Of a stretch of DNA of 40,000 nucleotides, positions 33,871 to 40,000 are shown in pieces; position 1 is the stretch's first letter; each line of letters begins with the position of its first letter. A model generated the notes under the pieces. It saw only the letters and a program-made list of their open reading frames with translations, made no database searches and was not told the origin of the DNA. The stretch comes from Deltaproteobacteria bacterium (GTDB lineage Bacteria > Desulfobacterota > Desulfobulbia > Desulfobulbales > Desulfocapsaceae): assembly GCA_031441605.1 (NCBI GenBank), contig JANNQF010000062.1, positions 157,287-197,286 on the forward strand. Direction: 5' to 3'. Made by a program: the position numbers and the translations under genes.

Positions 33871-34926
33871 TTAGCCTAGAATCTCAACCTGCGTAGTCTC
33901 GTCTTCGTTCATCGGAGCTATCTCGCCAATGATATAAGCCTCTTCACCTACTGCTTCGAAATGGTGGCGAATATCATTTACATTCTCTTCGTTAACGACC
34001 ACGAGCAAGCCTATCCCCATATTAAAGGTCCGATACATTTCTTCTTTTGGGATTTCTCCCATACGCTGCAGGAAGGTGAAGATTGGCGGGATCGTCCATC
34101 TGCCGGTATCAAGCACTGCTTTATATCCTTTGGGCAGGATTCTTGGAATGTTATCAATAAAACCGCCGCCGGTGTTGTGGACCATGCCGTTTAATCGATA
34201 ATTTTTGAGGACATTGAGGACCGATTGCACATAGATTTTTGTTGGTTTTAAAAGCTCCTCACCCAAGGTACATCCCAGTTCGTCGATATGTTGATCTACA
34301 GTCAATTGGTGATCGGCAAAACAAATTTTCCGCACCAGAGAATAGCCGTTTGAATGCAGACCGCTGGATGTGAGTCCGATAATCTTATCTCCGGCACGAA
34401 TATCCGATCCATCAATAATGGCATCGCGATCGACTATACCGGTGACAAATCCAGCTAAATCATAGTCATTATTTTTGTAAATACCCGGCATTTCTGCCGT
34501 TTCCCCCCCAACCAGTGAGCAATTTGCCTGCCGGCAACCTTCGGCTATGCCGGAGATGATCTCCTTAGCAATGGCAAGATCGAGTTTTCCAACGGCAAAA
34601 TAGTCGAGAAAACAGAGGGGGGTAGCGCCACCAACGATCAAATCATTGACGCACATGGCAACGAGATCGATACCGATGGTGTTATGCTTATTGCAGAGTT
34701 GGGCAATTACCAGTTTTGTACCCACGCCGTCTGTTGAGTTGACGATGACAGGCTTTTTGTATTTGTTGATATCGATGGCAAAATGGGAGGAAAATCCGCC
34801 GATCCCGCCCAAAACACCGCGCTGGTGGGTAGAGGATACAATATCCCTGATTTCTTCAATGAAAGCGTTACCCTTGTCAATATCTACTCCGGCCTCGCTA
34901 TATTTGCTCGGTTTTGCGTTGTTCAT
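33871..34926 (-). CDS. purM: Phosphoribosylformylglycinamidine cyclo-ligase (AIR synthetase)
   Basis: YSEAGVDIDKGNAFIEEI, GGFSSHF, STDGVGTKL, IGIDLVAMCVNDL.VGGA.PL.FLDYFA, CSLVGGETAEMPG and GLHSNGYSL are canonical PurM blocks. Confidence 0.93.
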   Translation of the reverse strand: MNNAKPSKYSEAGVDIDKGNAFIEEIRDIVSSTHQRGVLGGIGGFSSHFAIDINKYKKPVIVNSTDGVGTKLVIAQLCNKHNTIGIDLVAMCVNDLIVGGATPLCFLDYFAVGKLDLAIAKEIISGIAEGCRQANCSLVGGETAEMPGIYKNNDYDLAGFVTGIVDRDAIIDGSDIRAGDKIIGLTSSGLHSNGYSLVRKICFADHQLTVDQHIDELGCTLGEELLKPTKIYVQSVLNVLKNYRLNGMVHNTGGGFIDNIPRILPKGYKAVLDTGRWTIPPIFTFLQRMGEIPKEEMYRTFNMGIGLLVVVNEENVNDIRHHFEAVGEEAYIIGEIAPMNEDETTQVEILG

Positions 34927-35126
34927 GTCGGTAGAGTGTCTGGTGCTCAGTTATTATAGGAAAAAGTTATGTGTCAATAGACTGAAGAGATACTCTATAA
35001 TATGAGTGCAGACTATAAAAAGCAATCCAAATGCATTACAATTTTATGAATAGGTGGAGGCTGGTGTAATATCTGCAACAACGCCGAGGTTGAAATAAAT
35101 GGATCCTTCTGGTAGAAAAGGCGGCT

Positions 35127-35327
35127 ATGAAACTTCTCACACTCCTTCTTGGCTTAGTCTTGATAGTTGAAGGGTTGCCATATGTGGCCGCCCCGGAAGC
35201 TATGCAAAATTGGCTTAAAAAATTAAGCGAAATTCATCCACATCAGCTGCGGGGTATGGGGCTTTTTGCCATGCTGCTCGGTCTGGCGATATGTCTTGTC
35301 GTACAAAGAACTTCCTTGTTTCAATGA
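35127..35327 (+). CDS. DUF2065 (YjeT-like) small membrane protein
   Basis: It is 66 aa with two hydrophobic helices. LIVEGLPYVAAPEAMQNWLKKL...LRGMGLFAMLLGL matches the DUF2065 pattern (EGL.....P......L) as I recall it. Confidence 0.65.
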   Translation: MKLLTLLLGLVLIVEGLPYVAAPEAMQNWLKKLSEIHPHQLRGMGLFAMLLGLAICLVVQRTSLFQ

Positions 35328-35387
35328 GTAAACCAATAGAACGGGTTATACATTTTGCCGGGACCCAACGATTTTCGGGGTGTGCGT

Positions 35388-36323
35388 ATGATTAATTATT
35401 TTTTCCTGGATAACAATGTTGTCAAGATGGAAAGCGGCAATCATCATTCCAATATCTCAAATATTATTTGGGTTGATCTCATAAATCCTACCGGTGATGA
35501 AAAGCAGCAGGTTGAAAAAGATTTCATCGTCGAATTGTTCACAAAACACGAAAGAGAGGAGATTGAGAGCAGCTCCAAATATGTTGAAACTGCTGAAGAG
35601 ATTGGTATCAACCTCAACTTCTTGATTCAAGATGGCGACAACTTCACCAACGAACCTGTATCTTTTATCATCAAAGATAAGGTGCTCATTACCCAGAGAT
35701 ATCATGAATACAGATCATTCGCTGAGACCTATCGAAAATTAAAAGTGATAAAACCGATCGATGGTGATGACGTTTTTCTCACCATATTGGAAACCCGCAT
35801 CGATTTTGATGCAGATCTTATTGAAAGCATTACCGATCGCATTTCGGCAATAAGCAAGGAAATGACTGCCGATCAGGATATTGACAGGGAGCTGTTGCTA
35901 AAAATTACAGCCTTGCAAGAGTCTACCATAGCCATCCGTGAAAATATCATTGAGAAACAACGAATTCTTTCTTCGATGTTAAAGAGCAAGATGTTTCCGA
36001 AGGAAGATTATGCCAATATGCGAATTATGGTCAAGGATGTTGGCTCGTTACTGGATCACACCTCTTTTAATTTTGAGAGACTTGAATTTTTGCAAAATAC
36101 CTTTTTAGGCTTGGTTGATATTGAACAAAACAGGGTTATTAAAATTTTCACAGTTGTAACCGTTATTTTCATGCCTCCTACAGTAATAGCCAGCGCCTAC
36201 GGCATGAATTTTAAGTATATGCCGGAATTAGAGAAAGTTTGGGGATATCCTTTTGCAATTGTTCTTATGGTCCTTTCGTCAGTTATAACCCTGTTGTTTT
36301 TTAGACGGAAAAAATGGTTATAA
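35388..36323 (+). CDS. corA: CorA family magnesium/cobalt transporter
   Basis: The C-terminus has two TM helices flanking the YGMNF signature (ASAYGMNFKYMPE) and ends in a basic tail RRKKWL. The N-terminal part is a soluble funnel domain. I prefer ATG 35388 to TTG 35355. Confidence 0.88.
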   Translation: MINYFFLDNNVVKMESGNHHSNISNIIWVDLINPTGDEKQQVEKDFIVELFTKHEREEIESSSKYVETAEEIGINLNFLIQDGDNFTNEPVSFIIKDKVLITQRYHEYRSFAETYRKLKVIKPIDGDDVFLTILETRIDFDADLIESITDRISAISKEMTADQDIDRELLLKITALQESTIAIRENIIEKQRILSSMLKSKMFPKEDYANMRIMVKDVGSLLDHTSFNFERLEFLQNTFLGLVDIEQNRVIKIFTVVTVIFMPPTVIASAYGMNFKYMPELEKVWGYPFAIVLMVLSSVITLLFFRRKKWL

Positions 36324-36349
36324 AGGGCAATCGGTGATTTCTTTAGCGA

Positions 36350-37414
36350 TCAACTGAGCCCCTGATTCTTGCTCGTTCTTTTCAGATTTTTACGGGATTC
36401 AATATTTCTAGCGCGGGCAAGTTCACGCATATCTTTGGCTTTATCCGATTCGTCTATGATTTCCATGCCCACTATTTCTTCCAGCACATCTTCCATGGAA
36501 ATGATTCCGGTCATGGTGCCGTATTCGTCGACTACGATAAAAAGATGCTGTCGGCGATCAAAGAAATCGACGAGAATTCGGTTCAGCCTTGCCGTCTCAG
36601 GGACGAAATGGGCCGGGTGCTTAAATCTGGCCACAGTCAGTTTGTTTTTGCCTTCCGCCGCAGCATAAAGGATATCCTTGCGCATGACGATACCGGTGAC
36701 ATTATTAGGTCCTCTGTTATAGATCGGAATGCGGCTGTGAACACTCAGTTCCGTCAGCTTGGCTATGGCATTACCGACAGTCATATGCTCGTTAAGAGAG
36801 AAGGTGACTGTTCTTGGGGTCATTACCTGTCGGACAATTTTGTTTTTCAGATCAATGATATTGTTGATAACATTTTCCTCATTTTCCTCAAGGTCACCGG
36901 TTTCACGGGAAAGAGCGGCAATGGTCTGACGTTCCTCTCCTGACATTGTTTCATCTGCTTTTTTGGGGAGTAATCGGGTTATCATTCGACAAAGCCAGCT
37001 GATGGGTTTGAGGACAATGACCATTGCGCGTATTGGATAGGTGACGTAGGGTGCCAGCTTCAAGGCGTAATTAACCCCGATTGTTTTCGGTAAAATTTCC
37101 GAGAAGATAAGAATGGTAAGAGTAAAAGAAGAGGAGAAGAGGAGCAGGTTTCCATCGCCGAAGATTTTTGCCGAAGCTGCCCCGGCAACCGAAGCACCAA
37201 TGGTATTGGCAAAGGTATTCAGAGTAAGGAGTGCAGTAATCGGCTCGTCAATATCCGATTTGAGATTTTGCAGATGTTCAGCGGTGCTATGCCCACCTCT
37301 CTTGAGCATTTCAATCTGACTTGTGGTAATCGAATAGAGGACTGCCTCACAAAGTGAGCATATGGCGGATACCACCACGGCAAGGGAAACCGATAGAACA
37401 AGGGTTTGGATCAC
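36350..37414 (-). CDS. DUF21 + CBS-pair (CNNM/CorB-type) membrane protein, without a CorC_HlyC C-terminal domain
   Basis: Four N-terminal helices carry the DUF21 pattern (...LLTLNTFANTIGASVAG..., FSEILPKTIG). Then come VRQVMTPR and two CBS motifs ending LFIVVDEYGTMTGIISMEDVLEEIVG.I.DE. The protein stops ~35 aa later. GTG start with GGAG upstream. Confidence 0.85.
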   Translation of the reverse strand: MIQTLVLSVSLAVVVSAICSLCEAVLYSITTSQIEMLKRGGHSTAEHLQNLKSDIDEPITALLTLNTFANTIGASVAGAASAKIFGDGNLLLFSSSFTLTILIFSEILPKTIGVNYALKLAPYVTYPIRAMVIVLKPISWLCRMITRLLPKKADETMSGEERQTIAALSRETGDLEENEENVINNIIDLKNKIVRQVMTPRTVTFSLNEHMTVGNAIAKLTELSVHSRIPIYNRGPNNVTGIVMRKDILYAAAEGKNKLTVARFKHPAHFVPETARLNRILVDFFDRRQHLFIVVDEYGTMTGIISMEDVLEEIVGMEIIDESDKAKDMRELARARNIESRKNLKRTSKNQGLS

Positions 37415-37592
37415 TGCTGAAACTCCATTTTGAAATGATTGTCCCCAGAATAAAGAAGGTCACTGTGGGTGAAGTTGTTGATTGATAGACAAATATTGAA
37501 AGTATTTGGTAACGATGTTTGAATTATACTGTAAATTGCCTGATAATAAAGGGCGAAGAACATAATCGTGTTGTAATCCACTCAGGTGTTCC

Positions 37593-39137
37593 ATGAAAAG
37601 CACAAAAGTTATTGTTTCTACTAAGAAAGCCGGTGAATATTCAGGAGACCTTCTGGTCAGCCTCGTGGTTCTGGACGAACAGGGAATCTCTATGGGGAAC
37701 GACCTTTTTCGTCCGCTTCTTGAATCGCTTGCTCATTATAAGGAGTTTACCGGAAAAAAAGATGAACAGCTTCTGCTCTATCCTCCTTTTGGGCCACTCG
37801 CCGAAAAAATTAAATGTCGGCGACTGCTCCTTGTTGGTCTGGGATGTGTGAACAGCATCACTGATAATAATGTAAAAAACGAATTGCTTCGCACCGCTGG
37901 TGGAATGATAGCCTCCCAGTGTAAGAGCAGCAAGGTGGGAAGTATTGGCATTTGTATTTCTGACTCAAGCGGGTTGCCTGATACTGCCATCGGTGAATTC
38001 TTGACTGAGGGAGTCCTTCTTGGCGACTACCGGTTTCTCAAATACAAGACACGGAGCAACGATGAAATCGCCTATCAAGGCCTCGCCAAGATTGAATTGC
38101 TGGCCAGGACTCATTTAAAAGCCATTCGTTGTAGTGCTGTAAAGGCACGCTACAGCGCACTTTCGGTGAATACAGCACGGGATATGGCAAACGAGCCGGG
38201 CAATGGTTGGACTGCCTCAAGTTTTGCCAAGTATGCCATGCAACTTGCTGAGAGTCTGCAACTGCGCTGCACTATTCTCGAAAAGCAAGATATGATTGAT
38301 CTTGGCATGGGGGGAATAGTTGCTGTCAATCAGGGGTCAGAAGAACCGCCGAAAGTTGTCATTCTTGAATATGCTCCTGAACAGCCTGATGAAACGATAC
38401 TTTTAGTAGGCAAAGGACTCACCTTTGACTCTGGAGGGATCAGCCTCAAACCCGCCCAGGGGATGATGGACATGAAGTATGATATGTGCGGAGGAGCCGC
38501 TGTACTTTCGGCGATGGCGGCCATCGGTCGCGAAAAACCGGGAGTTCGAGTTGTGGCCATAGTTCCGGCTACCGATAATATGGTTGGTGGCGGGGCGTTG
38601 AAGCCTGGCGATATTATAACTCAGTATGGAGGAATTACAGTTGAAATTGAAAGCACGGATGCGGAGGGGCGATTGATCCTTGCGGACGCACTGGCATACG
38701 GGATTGAAAAATATCGACCAAATTGTGTTATTGATCTTGCGACACTTACCGGATCAGTGATTTTCGCCCTCGGCCATCACTATTCCGGCTTGTTGAGCAA
38801 CAACAAACAATTGGCGGATGAACTGATCGCAGTCGGCGGTGCCTGCGGAGAACCACTGTGGCGCTTACCCTTGGGCGAAATGTATTTCAAACAAATCAAG
38901 TCGCAGGTTGCGGATATTAAAAACACCGGCGGAAAACCGGCTGGCTGCATTACTGCGGCAGAATTTCTCCATCAATTTGTCGGAAAAACCCCGTGGGCGC
39001 ACCTCGACATCGCCGGAACAGCATGGGATTTCACAGAAAAATCGTATATATCCAAAGGACCTTCCGGGTTTGGGGTGAGAATCATAATTGAATTTCTCCG
39101 TCGATGGCAAAAGGGCAGGTTCGTCATCGCCGACTGA
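37593..39137 (+). CDS. pepA: Leucyl aminopeptidase (M17, PepA)
   Basis: VGKGLTFDSGGISLKP, MKYDMCGGAAV, NTDAEGRL-type motif (IESTDAEGRLILADAL), DLATLTG and WAHLDIAG are the M17 catalytic blocks. Confidence 0.92.
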   Translation: MKSTKVIVSTKKAGEYSGDLLVSLVVLDEQGISMGNDLFRPLLESLAHYKEFTGKKDEQLLLYPPFGPLAEKIKCRRLLLVGLGCVNSITDNNVKNELLRTAGGMIASQCKSSKVGSIGICISDSSGLPDTAIGEFLTEGVLLGDYRFLKYKTRSNDEIAYQGLAKIELLARTHLKAIRCSAVKARYSALSVNTARDMANEPGNGWTASSFAKYAMQLAESLQLRCTILEKQDMIDLGMGGIVAVNQGSEEPPKVVILEYAPEQPDETILLVGKGLTFDSGGISLKPAQGMMDMKYDMCGGAAVLSAMAAIGREKPGVRVVAIVPATDNMVGGGALKPGDIITQYGGITVEIESTDAEGRLILADALAYGIEKYRPNCVIDLATLTGSVIFALGHHYSGLLSNNKQLADELIAVGGACGEPLWRLPLGEMYFKQIKSQVADIKNTGGKPAGCITAAEFLHQFVGKTPWAHLDIAGTAWDFTEKSYISKGPSGFGVRIIIEFLRRWQKGRFVIAD

Positions 39138-39193
39138 AAAAGGTGCTTTTGCAGTGCTCTTATCGTAAGCCCAGTCCCATAAACGCACCTGCA

Positions 39194-39421
39194 CTAGGGT
39201 GTTGTTGCGATAGACCATGTTTTGTTGCTGAAAGTGATCTCATCTAACGCCTGGAGTTTTCTGCCACGTTTGGTTTCTATCCTGCCATTCACCATTACTT
39301 CACAGTTTTGTATTCTTGTCGTTGCTTCAAAGCCATCCTGAGCTGCGTTGGCAAGTTTGAGAAACTGACCGAGGCGAATGGGCAGTTTGGTAATCACAAC
39401 CTTTTCGAATTGATCGGACAT
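39194..39421 (-). CDS. S4-domain RNA-binding protein (YbcJ-like)
   Basis: A 75-aa protein. IRLGQFLKLANAAQDGFEATTRIQNCEVMVNGRIETKRGRKLQALDEITF follows the S4/YbcJ pattern (I.L.QFLK......SGG.AK..I....V.VNG..E.RR.RKL..GD.V). Confidence 0.75.
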   Translation of the reverse strand: MSDQFEKVVITKLPIRLGQFLKLANAAQDGFEATTRIQNCEVMVNGRIETKRGRKLQALDEITFSNKTWSIATTP

Positions 39422-39661
39422 CGTTTATCACTCCTCTGTAATTGTTAATAACACTACAATTTCATTATTTTTTTTAATCATGACGTTTTATGACAAAAGC
39501 GTAGCAGTACCATTATCAGGTAACTATGCTCCATGTCGAACAAACTCCATTATTGAAAACTGTTGCATACGGAAGAATCTATTCCGTGTAAAACAGTTCG
39601 AATTCTTTAAAGAGTGTGGTATACATTAAAACCGTTTCTTATTGATTTGTTACATTTTTCC

Positions 39662-39687
39662 TTCAGAAAACAAGGTTGTTTTCTGAA
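39662..39687. repeat. Perfect inverted repeat TTCAGAAAACA-aggt-TGTTTTCTGAA in a long leader/intergenic region
   Basis: The 11-bp arms (39662-39672 and 39677-39687) are exact reverse complements, 12 bp if A39673/T39676 are counted. The repeat lies ~80 nt upstream of the lipoprotein ATG. It could be an operator or an RNA hairpin. Confidence 0.8.
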
Positions 39688-39765
39688 CTATTGCAACTCA
39701 GACAGTATTTCGGTGTGAAGCAAAAAGGTTCTTTTTATAATAATTTCCAAAAGGGAGTGTACATT

Positions 39766-40000
39766 ATGCAGATGAATTCAGTGGTAAAGAAAATCGGTTG
39801 TGGATGTGTATTATTTCTCATGCTCAACATGTCGTCCGGTTGCTCAAGCAGTCGACCAACATCCGCCCAGCCCATTAATGAAAATGAGTTGAATCCGGTA
39901 TCAACGATGGTTGAGAGTTACGGTGATATTGAATTGCCGATAGAAATGGTTCTCGAGCCGGATAAAAGCATGGCGATGCGAACCGATTCATTTCAAGGCG
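39766..40000 (+). CDS. Putative lipoprotein, 3' end cut by window edge
   Basis: Absent from the ORF track because no stop is reached. The ATG at 39766 is preceded by AAGGGAG. The translation is MQMNSVVKKIGCGCVLFLMLNMSSGCSSSRPTSAQP..., a signal peptide with lipobox-like MSSGC. The frame stays open to nt 40000. Confidence 0.6.
   Translation, partial: MQMNSVVKKIGCGCVLFLMLNMSSGCSSSRPTSAQPINENELNPVSTMVESYGDIELPIEMVLEPDKSMAMRTDSFQG

Noticed and set aside
34927-35126. M-box or other riboswitch upstream of DUF2065-corA (and at 37415-37592 upstream of the CNNM gene); also a TATAAT at 34996-35001
   Set aside because: I recognise no conserved riboswitch core, and the CNNM leader is too short. The TATAAT lacks a convincing -35 (GTCAAT or TGTCAA at a 17-18 nt spacer), so I do not call a promoter.
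1-40000. Scan for CRISPR arrays, tRNA/rRNA genes, IS elements, integrases, phage genes, toxin-antitoxin pairs or known defence-system genes
   Set aside because: I found no regularly spaced direct repeats, T-loop-like GGTTCGAATCC motifs, transposase- or integrase-like ORFs or terminal inverted repeats by eye. A tRNAscan/Infernal/ISfinder/defence-finder run would be needed to be certain.

Overview
This is a dense, mostly housekeeping chromosomal window from a diderm (Gram-negative) bacterium. It holds about 38 protein-coding genes on both strands. By eye I found no rRNA, tRNA, CRISPR array, IS element or prophage. The gene content (tolQRAB-cpoB, family II pyrophosphatase, a degenerate EF-G paralog, sigma54-like motifs, mid-range GC) fits a Desulfobacterota-type anaerobe, but that taxonomy is only an inference.

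Recognisable genes in order:
- a truncated TPR/beta-barrel outer-membrane protein, greA, a FadR(YsiA)-like TetR regulator
- a purD-purE fusion overlapping tsaC, an orphan Hpt protein, ettA
- a same-strand string of membrane protein, SprA-related HExxH protein, M18 aminopeptidase and lytic transglycosylase
- ppaC, tlyA, and tolQ-tolR-tolA-tolB-cpoB without pal
- a six-gene FAS-like cluster: KAS, ACP, two CrtI-family flavoproteins, FabG-like, FabZ-like
- a YgiM-like SH3 membrane protein and a 784-aa HEAT / cNMP-like / PilZ protein
- dus, a phasin-like protein, murJ, an EF-G paralog, mog, purM
- DUF2065-corA, a DUF21-CBS (CNNM) transporter, pepA, an S4-domain protein and a truncated lipoprotein

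The best candidate for an undescribed system is the FAS-like cluster at 18446-24313. It has its own ACP, a Cys-His-His ketosynthase, a ketoreductase and a dehydratase. It has no enoyl reductase and no off-loading enzyme, and instead carries two paralogous phytoene-desaturase-family flavoproteins.

Secondary points of interest:
- a G10 tract inside the HEAT-cNMP-PilZ gene
- an EF-G paralog lacking the catalytic histidine
- the purD-purE fusion
- the pal-less tol operon
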